Assembly (NCBI GenBank): GCA_016716765.1 | Contig: JADJVA010000006.1 | Location: forward strand, 407,046 to 471,045 | Direction: 5' to 3' | Source of the DNA: Bdellovibrionales bacterium | GTDB taxonomy: Bacteria > Bdellovibrionota > Bdellovibrionia > Bdellovibrionales > UBA1609 | DNA: 64,000 nt | Shown: positions 18,420 through 28,293 of the stretch, piece by piece | Numbering within the stretch: position 1 is the stretch's first letter | Layout of the letters: every line of letters begins with the position of its first letter | Program-made: the position numbers and the translations under genes | The notes under the pieces: model-generated | Told to the model about the DNA's origin: nothing | Database searches by the model: none | The model's input: the letters and a program-made list of their open reading frames with translations, nothing else

Positions 18420-18666
18420 TTCTCAATAAAAGCGTATCATAACGAGCGAGCCAGAAATTCAAATTCTCGTTTCGAGTCAAAATATAATATAAAAAGGGAA
18501 AGAATGAGATATGTCAGGCAAACTGACACTGACTAAAAACTGTCACATGTGGAGGCATTAGACAAGTGTCCAGTCGGCATACGCCATGCAATAGGTTAGA
18601 ATGGAACTGATTGGAGTTAATCAGTTAAGGGGGAGCGGCGTGGCGATCACAAATTGGTCCATTGGG

Positions 18667-20787
18667 ATGAAAAATAGATTTAAGAGTCAGTTGCTCAAAT
18701 ATCGTACACTTCGGCTACAGAAATATACGTTGATGGTCTCATTAACTTTGTTGATCGTTCTATTTCAGAACTGTGATCCAGCTGGAGTTCCTATCGGAAG
18801 TGCGCCACATGGTGATGGATTTGTCGATAGTGCGAGCGGAAATGGCAATGGAAGCGGCAACAATCCACCCGGAGGAAATAGCACGCCGCCACCCGGAGGC
18901 GGCACACCACCACCTGGCGGCGGCACACCACCACCAGTTGTGACGGGCAACCCTCCCCCGCCTAATCCAACTGGGATTGCTTTAGCAGCAAATACAGTTA
19001 ATAGCATTTCTTTGACTTGGACTGCGGGAGGAGGAAGCACGGTCGCCTATCGGGTGGCTTATCAGGAAGGAACAACAGCTCCGGCAAATTGTGGGAGCGG
19101 GACGGTGCTCTCAGTTAATTCCACAGTTGGCTTGGCTGCCAATTTGACAAGAGCTAAGCAATACTCTTTTCGAGTTTGTGCCGTAAATGGCAATACGACT
19201 CCAGATATGTCTTCCGGAATCACCTATACGACCGGTACGAGGTGTTTTCAGAATCCAGCTCCCACAATTGTGCAGGACACTTTTGCGAGTTTTTCTTTTC
19301 CGATGGGAATGGGTCCGCTCTCAGGCACGGCTACGAATATTCCGCAAGTCGCTGTGACGGGAACAAATGCTGGAGGACCCTACGATCTAAATCAGACTTA
19401 TTCGCTTCGATGCACAACTTCTGTCAATAATATTATCGACGTTGATTGTGCAGATAATAACGGAACCAATTTTAATAATAATGCGGCAAACATCCGATTT
19501 CAGCAGCCAGCGAATAGTCAATGTCAACCGACAGGTCCCGTCACAGTGACAATGGTCGCTCGAGATGAGTGTGGTGCTGAGTCCCCTGCAAAAACAATTG
19601 TCGTAAACGTGACAAACGAGTGTCTTCCAGAGGCAAAAGTTGTAGCTGTAGAAAAGGCACAGAATGATCAGTTTGGAAGTCAGGTGGCCATTGACGGTGA
19701 CTACGCAGTTGTCGTTGAAACGGGTGACAGTGAAGGCGGTGACGGGGCTGGAGCTGCGAATGTCTTTTTTTACAATGGCACCAGTTGGATTTTTCAGCAA
19801 AAATTGATTCCTACAGAAGCCGCAGTGAGCGATAACATGAAGAGCGTTGCCATTAGCGGAAGTAGAATCGTTTTGGGGAGTCCCTATCACCCCACCGCTG
19901 GAGTTGGAGCCGTCTTTGTTTTTGATCGCTCTGGCTCTACTTGGACACAAACCGCCAAGATCACTCCATCTCAACCTAACGTGCAAGATGTGGGTGACCT
20001 TTTTGGATACTCCGTGGCTCTTTCGGGCAATCAGTTGGTGGTCGGGGCACCTTGGGATAACAACGTTGAAACAGCAGGATCAAAATTGGCCTACGCGGGT
20101 GCCGTTTATGTCTACAACTTGTCAGGTGGCGCATGGGTTCAAGATGGAAGCAAAGTTGTCGTTAGTGGAAATACCGGACGCAATGAATTTGGAGCAAGTG
20201 TTGCAATAGGCACGAATTACATTGTGGTCGGCGCACCTCACAATGAGACGTTCAAGGGAAATGGCAATGGCAAGGCGTACGTGTTGAAAAAGCCTGCCAC
20301 GAACTGGACAGTTTCTCAGACCTTAGAGTCTTCAAATAAAAAAGCCGGAGATATGTTTGGAATTTCGGTGAAGACTGATGGGACGCGGATCGCTGTTGGG
20401 GCCATCTTTGCCACAGGGCGGGCTGGTCAAACCTCGTCGGGAGCCGCTTACATCTTCGAAAATACGGGTAGCTGGGTTCAAACTGCATCAATTGGCGCAA
20501 GTGATGTGGCAAATGGAGATCGTTTTGGAGTTTCAATTGCTCTAGCTGGAGATGATTTACTTATTGGCTCTCACTGGGATGATTCAAAAACTGGCGCTGT
20601 TTATCACTATCGACGCAGTGGCGCTAGCTGGACTCAGAGTTTTAAAATTATGTCGCGTGACAGAGCTCTCAACGATGAGTTTGGAAGTTCGGTTGCTATG
20701 TCTAACCGTCGAGCTATTTGCGGCAGTCGTTTGGATGATGGAGCGGCCGAAAATATTGGAGCGGCCTACATTGTCAATCTCAAATGA
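18667..20787 (+). CDS. Lipoprotein with Pro/Gly-rich linker, fibronectin-III-like domain and FG-GAP beta-propeller repeats
   Basis: Lipobox LFQNC. Repeated FG-GAP-like units (FGSQVAIDGDYAVV, FGYSVALSGNQLVVGAP, FGASVAIGTNYIVVGAP, FGVSIALAGDDLLIGS). The ORF opens at 18601, but the Met at 18667 precedes the signal peptide. Confidence 0.75.
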   Translation: MKNRFKSQLLKYRTLRLQKYTLMVSLTLLIVLFQNCDPAGVPIGSAPHGDGFVDSASGNGNGSGNNPPGGNSTPPPGGGTPPPGGGTPPPVVTGNPPPPNPTGIALAANTVNSISLTWTAGGGSTVAYRVAYQEGTTAPANCGSGTVLSVNSTVGLAANLTRAKQYSFRVCAVNGNTTPDMSSGITYTTGTRCFQNPAPTIVQDTFASFSFPMGMGPLSGTATNIPQVAVTGTNAGGPYDLNQTYSLRCTTSVNNIIDVDCADNNGTNFNNNAANIRFQQPANSQCQPTGPVTVTMVARDECGAESPAKTIVVNVTNECLPEAKVVAVEKAQNDQFGSQVAIDGDYAVVVETGDSEGGDGAGAANVFFYNGTSWIFQQKLIPTEAAVSDNMKSVAISGSRIVLGSPYHPTAGVGAVFVFDRSGSTWTQTAKITPSQPNVQDVGDLFGYSVALSGNQLVVGAPWDNNVETAGSKLAYAGAVYVYNLSGGAWVQDGSKVVVSGNTGRNEFGASVAIGTNYIVVGAPHNETFKGNGNGKAYVLKKPATNWTVSQTLESSNKKAGDMFGISVKTDGTRIAVGAIFATGRAGQTSSGAAYIFENTGSWVQTASIGASDVANGDRFGVSIALAGDDLLIGSHWDDSKTGAVYHYRRSGASWTQSFKIMSRDRALNDEFGSSVAMSNRRAICGSRLDDGAAENIGAAYIVNLK
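18883..18936 (+). repeat. In-frame 21-bp tandem repeat encoding TPPPGGG (about 2.6 copies)
   Basis: acgccgccacccggaggcggc / acaccaccacctggcggcggc / acaccaccacca. Confidence 0.85.
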
Positions 20788-20859
20788 CTGTGCTGGCGGG
20801 TTGAGGTCTGAAGAATGTTTCGAATGCTGAGATTTTTTGGGAACAAGAGGGGTAAGAGA

Positions 20860-22959
20860 ATGAGTCAAAGGAATATAAAATTGAAAAGTAGCCAGATAAT
20901 ATTAGGCCTATCTTTCGCATTATCGCCATTGACCTCATTTGGACTTGCTGTTGACGGCTCAGAGGAATTTCCAGGTCAGCGGGCCGGAATCGTGGCTCTT
21001 TATGAATTCAATGATACAACAGGTCCTGTTCTTGATACTTCCGGCGTTGGCACCCCTTTGAATTTAACGATTGATTCTCCCGCATCTGTCATTCGTTCTG
21101 GAGGAGCCCTTGATATTGAAGCGCCAACCTTGATTCATTCAGGCGGGCCGGCCACAAAGATCATAGATGCCTGCAAAGCATCCAATGAATTGACCATTGA
21201 AGCCTGGGTTGAGAATAATCAGGATCGTCCGCCCCGTCCGAAGCCCGTGAGAATTGTCACGCTATCAAATAAGGCGGGAAATGCCGCAGATCAACTTTCA
21301 TCCACCAATCGAAACTTTTTCTTAGGGCAAGATTATATAGATTCAAATCGATTTCATGGGGTTGTGAGAACGTCTGGAAGTCGTGACGGAGCAGAAGTTA
21401 TTACTGAGCAAGGAGTTTCTGCATTTAAGAAACTCCAACACGTCTTTTTCTCTCGTGATGCTTCTGGTGTTACCCGTCTTTATGTGAGCGATGAGTATGG
21501 GGTCAATATATTGCGGGAGACAGTTCTGAGCAATGAGACAAGGGGAACCTTTACCAACTGGGACAATGGAATGATATTGGGTATTGGAAATGAAATTTCA
21601 TATCTTGATCCAGCTGCACGTGCTGATGCAGTTGAAACAAAATTCAAAACAGAAGAGAGAGCTTGGCTTGGGAAGATTCATCTCCTCGCTATATATTGTC
21701 GAGCGCTCACACCTAAGGACATTAGCGGAGATGCGGCACCAGGGAATAAAGTGTATCCTGCTTACAAGCCTGTGCCTGGAGATCCTATTACCGAAGGCAG
21801 AAAAAAGGCGATTTTGCTCTATAAGCGTTTAGCTGGAGTGAGCACTTCAATAGACAATCCAATCGTGAGGGAGATGGGTCAACGGATAGATGCTCAAGAC
21901 ATGATTGGCGCGGCTGATTTGGCCTCTCAAGAAGCTGATTTTTATAATATTACAGTTCGTGACTTTGCTGGTCGAATGTCAACACGCGATGAAACGGTCA
22001 ATGCTCCTCTGAGCGACTTTGTTGCAACAGTGATTGGCGTCACTCGCGATGATATCAATGCGAAGCAATTGTTGACAGGTAACTTCACTTATCAGGGGGA
22101 TCCTCGTAAGGCGGCCGTCGTGCGAAATACTTTGGACGATATTGTCACTACTAACAATCATTATGACGCCCTGTCGAGCGGAAATTTTGATTTAAAAAGA
22201 GTATTAGTTAAAGTTGATGGACAAAAAATTTATAATGGTGCTGGTGGGGTAGTAGACAATCCTGATCCAGCTGGAGTGTTGACGAGTCGCGCTTTTCTCC
22301 AAGCGCATGCATCGGCTGGAACCAATCGACGCATCGTCCAGTATTCCTTTAAGGTTTTTCTCTGCAATGATATTGAGGGATGGGCAGATTCTAAGCAGTC
22401 AGATAACTGGGTTGGGCGTGATGTCGATCGTTTCCCAGGGGGAGATACGGCCCAGTATTCGTCCAAATGTGCTGCTTGTCACAGCGTGATGGATTCTCTG
22501 AGAAACGCTTTTTCTCGTTATGACTTTTCAAATGATGTTATTAAGTACGCCTCTATCATGCCTGATGGAAATGGCGACAGTCGGGAAACGATGGAGGAAA
22601 GTCCATCGGGAATTTCAGCTAAAATGAATCGCAATGCAGATACCTTTCCTGGTGGATTTCCATCATCCGGAGACAGCTTTATTAATTACATACGGTCGGG
22701 TGCCAACAAATCCTACTTTGATTGGGGATCAAAGGTATCTGGTTCTGGAGCTTCAGAATTCGGTTTGATGTTAAGTGAATCAGGAGCATTTCCGCGTTGC
22801 TTGGCTCGCAGAGTTTTTCGCTCAGTATGTAAGCGCGATCCAGTGAGTTTTGAAGAGGACATGTTAAAAAATGCGGCGAGATCCTTTACGGAAGCGAATT
22901 ACAGTCTCAGGGAATTATTTAAGCGCATTGCGATCAGCAGAGAATGTTTGGGCCAATAA
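20860..22959 (+). CDS. Secreted LamG-like plus DUF1588/DUF1585-like protein with a CxxCH motif (planctomycete PSD-type family)
   Basis: Signal peptide. LamG-like NELTIEAWVEN...HVFFSRDASGVTRLYV. AGVLTSRAFLQAHASAGTNRRIVQ (DUF1588-like). KCAACHSVMDSLRNAFSRYD. C-terminal ANYSLRELFKRIAISRE (DUF1585-like). Confidence 0.6.
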   Translation: MSQRNIKLKSSQIILGLSFALSPLTSFGLAVDGSEEFPGQRAGIVALYEFNDTTGPVLDTSGVGTPLNLTIDSPASVIRSGGALDIEAPTLIHSGGPATKIIDACKASNELTIEAWVENNQDRPPRPKPVRIVTLSNKAGNAADQLSSTNRNFFLGQDYIDSNRFHGVVRTSGSRDGAEVITEQGVSAFKKLQHVFFSRDASGVTRLYVSDEYGVNILRETVLSNETRGTFTNWDNGMILGIGNEISYLDPAARADAVETKFKTEERAWLGKIHLLAIYCRALTPKDISGDAAPGNKVYPAYKPVPGDPITEGRKKAILLYKRLAGVSTSIDNPIVREMGQRIDAQDMIGAADLASQEADFYNITVRDFAGRMSTRDETVNAPLSDFVATVIGVTRDDINAKQLLTGNFTYQGDPRKAAVVRNTLDDIVTTNNHYDALSSGNFDLKRVLVKVDGQKIYNGAGGVVDNPDPAGVLTSRAFLQAHASAGTNRRIVQYSFKVFLCNDIEGWADSKQSDNWVGRDVDRFPGGDTAQYSSKCAACHSVMDSLRNAFSRYDFSNDVIKYASIMPDGNGDSRETMEESPSGISAKMNRNADTFPGGFPSSGDSFINYIRSGANKSYFDWGSKVSGSGASEFGLMLSESGAFPRCLARRVFRSVCKRDPVSFEEDMLKNAARSFTEANYSLRELFKRIAISRECLGQ

Positions 22960-23000
22960 TTGAATATTAAATATTAAACGAATGAACAGGGGAGAATAGA

Positions 23001-23693
23001 ATGTCTGTTAAAATAAAAGGAAAAATCAGAATTTTCTCGGTGGTGATTGGGCTCTTTATGACAATGGTGTTTGTCGGTCACGGTTGCAGTGATCTCTTGG
23101 GACGAAGTTCAAACAAGGACACAGCGTCAAGTGGACCCGCTAGTGATGAAAATCAGGATTTCGATGTGATTCCTGGTGAAAGAACGGTATCGACCGTTTA
23201 TGCGAAGCAAATATTGGACAATATGACTTCCTGCTCAGGAATAGGAACACCTAGCGTTTCGACTGTTCAGGAATGGACTCAGCGGTTGGGCACCATTTCA
23301 GAATATGGCTACGCGACTTCGATTTCAGGACCAATGATGATGGGGATCGTGGCAATTGCTGGGGAAATTTGTAATGACTTAGTTTCTTTAGAAACACCAA
23401 AGCCAGATGTTCAACGAATTATCTTTGACGGAATTGATTTTACTCGGGGACCTTCTTCGGTATCAAGTGGGGCGATTCGTTTGGTGGTCAACCGACTGGC
23501 CCGAAGTTGTTGGCAACGTGACAACATTACGAGTCTCGGACCTCAGGGGGAGCCCAGCGAGACAGATGTAATCGATACTGCTTATCGAGATATTGTTCAG
23601 GCCGGAACAGGTGATACACCAGCACAAACAAGAGCTGGTATGTTGGCTGTATGCACGGGGATGTTATCTAGTTTAAGCGCAGTTGAATTTTAA
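23001..23693 (+). CDS. Lipoprotein, DUF1595/DUF1592-like fragment-type protein
   Basis: Lipobox VGHGC. The C-terminal pattern RLVVNRLARSCWQRD...MLAVCTGMLSSLSAVEF resembles the PSD family. Assignment is weak. Confidence 0.4.
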   Translation: MSVKIKGKIRIFSVVIGLFMTMVFVGHGCSDLLGRSSNKDTASSGPASDENQDFDVIPGERTVSTVYAKQILDNMTSCSGIGTPSVSTVQEWTQRLGTISEYGYATSISGPMMMGIVAIAGEICNDLVSLETPKPDVQRIIFDGIDFTRGPSSVSSGAIRLVVNRLARSCWQRDNITSLGPQGEPSETDVIDTAYRDIVQAGTGDTPAQTRAGMLAVCTGMLSSLSAVEF

Positions 23694-23722
23694 AATTGAA
23701 AAAATGAAAGTTGAGGATTTTT

Positions 23723-25201
23723 ATGAGCAAATTGAGCAAAAAAGATAGATTTAAGATCATTGAAATGGAAGAAAGAAACCCAGAGCTGAAGGAACGCAAT
23801 ACCGTTTCTCGGAACTATGTTCAGCAGCACGGGAAACCAATGTCGCGAAGGGAGCTTTTGGCTTCAGGAATGATGCACTTTGGTGCCGCGATGACTCTTC
23901 CTTCCATCTATAACGTGTTGGCAAACAATGGGGTGGCTCAAGCGGCCGAGTTAGTTTGTTCAAAGGGAGGGAATACAGATCTTGCAGCACTCGTCACTCT
24001 CAGTCTGTCGGGGGGAGCGGGGTTGTCTGGAAATTGGGTTCCTCACGATGCCGGTGGACAATTACTTCCATCATACAATCGATTGGGTATGGGAGCCACT
24101 TCCCAACTGAATGTGGACCGCAGCGAGTTTGGTGGTGGACCTTTTGTAGCGACGAGCCAACTCTTGGCCGGTATTCGAACAACTTCTACTCCGGGAACAA
24201 GAGATAAAACATCATTTGTTGGAGTTTGTGTCACATCTCAAGATGACTCAGGCAACAACAAGTTTGACGTGACTGGAATGGCAGCCAAATCAGGGCTCGA
24301 GGGAAGCCTCCTGAAAAACCTGGGTACTCAACAGACCGAAACTGGAACAAAACATGCTTATGCTTTTGTGCAGCCGCCGACTCCGTTGGTAGTGAGCCAA
24401 TACAACGACATTACAAGTGCTCTGGGAGTAGCGGGAAGTTTGAATGCGCTAAGTACGACCCAAAAAGGCCGTCTTTTTAAGATGGTTGAAGATTTGAGCA
24501 CCACTCAAGCCCGCCAGATTGCTCAGTATTCAGGTGGAAGTAAGTTGGGCGATTTGATTAGGTGTGCGACTGGTCAAAACAAGGAACTCATGAGCAATTC
24601 AGATCCTGGCACGAGTCCTCTTAGCAATGCCGCTATCGCTGGTGTTTGGGGATTAAATGCCAACACTGCAACCAACAACAGGGACTTTGTTTTTGGGGCC
24701 ATGGTTTACAATGCGCTCAAAGGCAATTGTGGATCAGTCAATCTTGAGCTTGGGGGCTATGACTATCATGGTAATCCACGGGCTACCACTGATGGGCGTG
24801 ATCTTCAGGCAGGTCAAGTCATCGGTCGAATATTAGAGTCATTTGCAGCGATGGGCAAACCAGGAATGGTCTATGTTTGTTCGGATGGAGCAGTGGGTTC
24901 TGTGGTGTCTGATACCTCAAGTGCGCAATTTACAAGTGATCGTGGTGGAGGCGGTAGTGCATTAATGTTTGCCTATCATCCAACTGGACGTCCTGTAACG
25001 AGTGCCTTCCAGTTGGGTCATTTCACAGAGGGACAGCAGGCCAATGATCGCCACTTTGTTGGGGGAAGTCCTCAGGTCGCTGCGGCCTCCGTGTTTGCAA
25101 ATTACCTCTCTCTCAGTGGTCGACTGAACTTATTTGACACAAGATTATTGACCAACGAACAACTGAATGAAGCTGTTAAAATTTTCAAACCAGTAGGGTG
25201 A
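23723..25201 (+). CDS. Tat-signal protein, DUF1501/DUF1552-like (sulfatase-fold partner of PSD/PSCyt proteins)
   Basis: Twin-arginine-like MSRRELLASGMMHFGAAMTLP. GGYDYHGN and TSDRGGGG motifs resemble DUF1501. Confidence 0.5.
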   Translation: MSKLSKKDRFKIIEMEERNPELKERNTVSRNYVQQHGKPMSRRELLASGMMHFGAAMTLPSIYNVLANNGVAQAAELVCSKGGNTDLAALVTLSLSGGAGLSGNWVPHDAGGQLLPSYNRLGMGATSQLNVDRSEFGGGPFVATSQLLAGIRTTSTPGTRDKTSFVGVCVTSQDDSGNNKFDVTGMAAKSGLEGSLLKNLGTQQTETGTKHAYAFVQPPTPLVVSQYNDITSALGVAGSLNALSTTQKGRLFKMVEDLSTTQARQIAQYSGGSKLGDLIRCATGQNKELMSNSDPGTSPLSNAAIAGVWGLNANTATNNRDFVFGAMVYNALKGNCGSVNLELGGYDYHGNPRATTDGRDLQAGQVIGRILESFAAMGKPGMVYVCSDGAVGSVVSDTSSAQFTSDRGGGGSALMFAYHPTGRPVTSAFQLGHFTEGQQANDRHFVGGSPQVAAASVFANYLSLSGRLNLFDTRLLTNEQLNEAVKIFKPVG

Positions 25202-25205
25202 GTTT

Positions 25206-26792
25206 ATGTGGATGAAGGGACGTTTACTTGCGGTAATTGGGATAATTGGAGTTCTGCCTCTGTTCTATAACAATTGCTCTCCCTCTCATGAGAACTCTGG
25301 GGGCGCTAGCTCTCAGAGTAAGAATGGGTGCAGCGATATGTCGGAATTGTTTAGCCGAACCTACCATCCCTTCGTTAAGCAACATTGCGCCACCTGTCAT
25401 GTGCCAGGTGGCCTTGGAAAGGGCACTTTTGCTGACTCCAATTTGACTGTTGCCTGGCGTTCGTTTGAAGTAACCGGCTTTTCTAAAATATCAGAATATT
25501 CCGTAAATCCCTCTCATCAATCTCCCTACACAGGTCCACAGCATGAGGCAGAGATTTCTCAGCTTCGTGAAACCTGGGTCAAAGGGATTGAGGAGACAGA
25601 ACGAAACTGCAAAGATGGTGTCCCAATTGATGACACGGAGGACGATGGCCCTCGCATTCGGACCAAGAGCAAGGGAATCAACGCTAACTTTGCAACGGGT
25701 CAGGCTGTGACTTTGTCCTGGGGTCTTGATCGGGAGCTGATCGCAGATGATGGGATGACTTTGCCCTCGTTGCCCGGAGCACTTTTTGAAGTGAAGGTCA
25801 GTGTGCAAGACGTCTTGGGAATAAAGTCCTATCTTATTTCGGAGCCACGAATCCGTGGATCCTCGGTAGATATTGAAGTGAAGAGTATTCGATTTTCAGT
25901 CAATGGCAAGAGCCTTTCTGGCAATCTGACTTTTAATGCAGTAAATGAGGCCATCAGGGCAGGAACAAATGTCTTATTATCAGCTGGTACCAATGTTGCG
26001 CCGATTAAAGTGAGTTATTCGGATGTCATCGCAGTATCTTTTGGAAGTCTTGAAATTCCATCGGAGCCGATCCCTCCTCCGTCCGCAGGTCCGCAAGTAG
26101 CTTTCTCAGTGGCAGCTTCATCTGTTGTCGAGTCGGCTGGCTTGGCGACGGTGAGAGTGAACCTTTCGCAGCCGTCGGCGAAGTACATCACGGTGACTAT
26201 TCGCGTGAATGGCCAGACGACATCCTCAGCGCTTTGCTGTATCGATAACTTTACAAACGAGGAACAGGAGAATATCAGCATCAATCGCTTTGATTGGGAC
26301 TACAAAGTGAAGGCTTATTCAGTCGTTATACCTCCCGGCGAGACTTTCAAGAATTTTGAGATTGATATTGGAAATGATCAGAGAGATGAGGGAGCTAGCG
26401 AAACGCTAGTGCTTGATTTGGATGCGATTGGTACTGTTAATGCGGTCGTGGGATCAGTAGGCCGCCACACTTTAACATTGCAAGACGATGACGATCCTTA
26501 TACTGGAGCGGCCTTGACGATGACTCAACTTTTGCGTCCAGGAGGAATTCTTTATGTGAATTGCCTGGGCTGCCATAACTCTGTAAACAATGAGGGTGGG
26601 TACGACATTACGGATTGGCAGGGTCTAATTGATAACCGTATCTTGATACCCTATGATGTCAACAGCAAGGCTTTTGTGCGAATGAATAGCAGGGTTGCGG
26701 GCTTGCCACCCATGCCTTTTACAGGCTTGCTTGAAACAGAGAAGAGAAGGGCCGTGCAGGACTGGATTATGGCTGGCGCACAAAACAACTAG
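25206..26792 (+). CDS. Lipoprotein with two CxxCH motifs (C-terminal one PSCyt1-like) and a Calx-beta-like domain
   Basis: Lipobox FYNNC. Heme motifs CATCH and CLGCH. Calx-beta-like VAFSVAASSVVESAGLATVRVNLSQPSAKYITVTIRVNG. C-terminal ...PPMPFTGLLETEKRRAVQDWIMAGA. Confidence 0.6.
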   Translation: MWMKGRLLAVIGIIGVLPLFYNNCSPSHENSGGASSQSKNGCSDMSELFSRTYHPFVKQHCATCHVPGGLGKGTFADSNLTVAWRSFEVTGFSKISEYSVNPSHQSPYTGPQHEAEISQLRETWVKGIEETERNCKDGVPIDDTEDDGPRIRTKSKGINANFATGQAVTLSWGLDRELIADDGMTLPSLPGALFEVKVSVQDVLGIKSYLISEPRIRGSSVDIEVKSIRFSVNGKSLSGNLTFNAVNEAIRAGTNVLLSAGTNVAPIKVSYSDVIAVSFGSLEIPSEPIPPPSAGPQVAFSVAASSVVESAGLATVRVNLSQPSAKYITVTIRVNGQTTSSALCCIDNFTNEEQENISINRFDWDYKVKAYSVVIPPGETFKNFEIDIGNDQRDEGASETLVLDLDAIGTVNAVVGSVGRHTLTLQDDDDPYTGAALTMTQLLRPGGILYVNCLGCHNSVNNEGGYDITDWQGLIDNRILIPYDVNSKAFVRMNSRVAGLPPMPFTGLLETEKRRAVQDWIMAGAQNN

Positions 26793-28169
26793 TTATTGAG
26801 ATTGGACGGCTTCTTCGTACAATCTGGTAAGAAAGTATATAAGTGACTCGGTGGCCATCTGTTTGGTCATTTTGTAGTGTGCCGACATTAACTGAGAAAC
26901 TGCATTGATGCTTCTGTGACCATCAATTGCAGTGAGAACTTCGAATTGAAATCGACTTTGGTTTGAAACCGAATCGAGATATCCTTCTTTTGGAATGGGA
27001 AGGTCATAATTTTCTAGCCAGGACGGAAGATAAGAGTACTTTCCGGGATCCTTTCCCTTTCTCATTTTGCAGGCTCTGAAGGCCCAGATTTTTTCTTGTC
27101 GCCAGTGGCCGCTGTGAGGAGACTGAAGATAGGGGAGGCTTCGTTCCTGCCACTCGAGAATATCGAATCCCGCATTCGTGAGCAATTCCTGGATTTCAGT
27201 GGGAGAATAGTGGATGGACTCAAGACCATAGCCAAAGCCAAGAGGGCCCAGGTTAATCCATTCTCCCTTCATTCTCAGCGAGTAGTTCATTCGACGTGCC
27301 AGTGTTTTCAAGTCAATGGGAACGATATCCACAAACCAGGGAGTCAAGATGGCCTCCAGGGACTCTCTTTTTACCGGTAAATTGAGAGCATCAGCAAAAA
27401 GAAATGAGAGGTTACCAGCTCGGCCAAGCGGATTTCTGAGAGTCTGAAGAGCGCATGTGGCTTCAAGTGAGACGGGTGAAATGGGAAACTCAAAATAATC
27501 TAGCGCTTTTTGTTGTTGCATAGCCTGAGCAACGAACATCAACAGGGGGTTGATATCGACAGATGTAAGACTCCATTCTGGGTGTTGATGGGCCAATTCA
27601 AACCCAAGTCGCCCAGCACCTCCACCAAGGATAACAAGTTGACTCCATGAGGATTGGTCCGGTGGCGTTATTGAGTCAAAAATCTGTATGGTCTCAGTGA
27701 GTTCGTTGTTTTCCCACGCCCAATCTCGAAATAGAAGATCCATATAAGTGCGAGGCCCTTGCTTCGTTGGTATCTTATTGGGAGTCTCGGGTAGAGACGA
27801 TCGATGATCAGGCTGAGTCTTGTTGTTAAAGAGTGGATCCAATAATGAAGTCATTTGGTGAAGGTTGTGTTCCATGCCTTTCGCCATGAGTTCAAGTCGC
27901 CTTATAGTTGAGGCTTGAAGGTCGACGCTTCGCAATTGCGTGTTCAAGGAAGAGACTTTCTGTTTGAGGTAAGAAAGATAGGAGCCGCATTTGCTCATCC
28001 ACTGTGTTCGAACCGATTCGGGCGAAGAGAAGAGCCACGGAATTTCGTTGAGAAAAGGAAAGGCGGTTGAGCAAGATGCGCATTGCCAAACACTTTCCTT
28101 TGTCAGATCTAGGTTACTTGCACCGCAACTGGGGCAGATGAGGGCTGAGTACAATGAGGGCACGTCCAC
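26793..28169 (-). CDS. Zn-ribbon + class I SAM methyltransferase (N2227/carnosine N-methyltransferase-like) + C-terminal PqqD-like domain
   Basis: GTG start with an AGGAG RBS. CPSCGA...CASC zinc ribbon. SAM-binding VILGGGAGRLGFELA. ILTPWFVDIVPIDLKTLARRMNYSLRMKGEWINLGPLGF resembles N2227. C-terminal FEVLTAIDGHRSINAVSQLMSAHYKMTKQMATESLIYFLTRLYE resembles PqqD/RRE. Confidence 0.6.
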   Translation of the reverse strand: MDVPSLYSALICPSCGASNLDLTKESVWQCASCSTAFPFLNEIPWLFSSPESVRTQWMSKCGSYLSYLKQKVSSLNTQLRSVDLQASTIRRLELMAKGMEHNLHQMTSLLDPLFNNKTQPDHRSSLPETPNKIPTKQGPRTYMDLLFRDWAWENNELTETIQIFDSITPPDQSSWSQLVILGGGAGRLGFELAHQHPEWSLTSVDINPLLMFVAQAMQQQKALDYFEFPISPVSLEATCALQTLRNPLGRAGNLSFLFADALNLPVKRESLEAILTPWFVDIVPIDLKTLARRMNYSLRMKGEWINLGPLGFGYGLESIHYSPTEIQELLTNAGFDILEWQERSLPYLQSPHSGHWRQEKIWAFRACKMRKGKDPGKYSYLPSWLENYDLPIPKEGYLDSVSNQSRFQFEVLTAIDGHRSINAVSQLMSAHYKMTKQMATESLIYFLTRLYEEAVQSQ

Positions 28170-28231
28170 TGGAGGCTCCTTCGACCAGATGATCGACTTT
28201 GAAGGCTAGAATTTAGTCCTTGGAAACTAGA

Positions 28232-28256
28232 TTAAAAATAGACTGCCCCTTGGGCA
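28232..28256 (-). terminator. Putative rho-independent terminator after the diheme lipoprotein gene
   Basis: On the minus strand, TGCCC-aag-GGGCA is followed by gtcTATTTTTA. The stem is short. Confidence 0.4.
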
Positions 28257-28293
28257 ATCCAAATCTGTGTCAAAATGGGATATAAAGAAAAAA

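Noticed and set aside
18883-18936. The TPPPGGG tandem repeat as a phase-variation switch
   Set aside because: The unit is 21 bp, so it stays in frame, and the copies are imperfect. It is most simply a flexible Pro/Gly linker, and there is no evidence for a variable copy number.
19387-19986. Long antisense or alternative-frame ORFs inside well-supported genes (for example 19387..19986, 44319..45005, 56226..56743, 42554..43036, 28267..28783, 33051..33470)
   Set aside because: Each lies wholly within a gene that has clear family motifs on the other strand or frame. They have no motifs of their own and show low-complexity or skewed composition typical of shadow ORFs.
26790-26795. Zero-nucleotide spacing between convergent genes (TAG at 26790-26792, then TTA at 26793-26795) as a regulatory oddity
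   Set aside because: Convergent genes abutting without a terminator are unusual but not informative alone. No hairpin is visible, and it may simply reflect compact gene packing.
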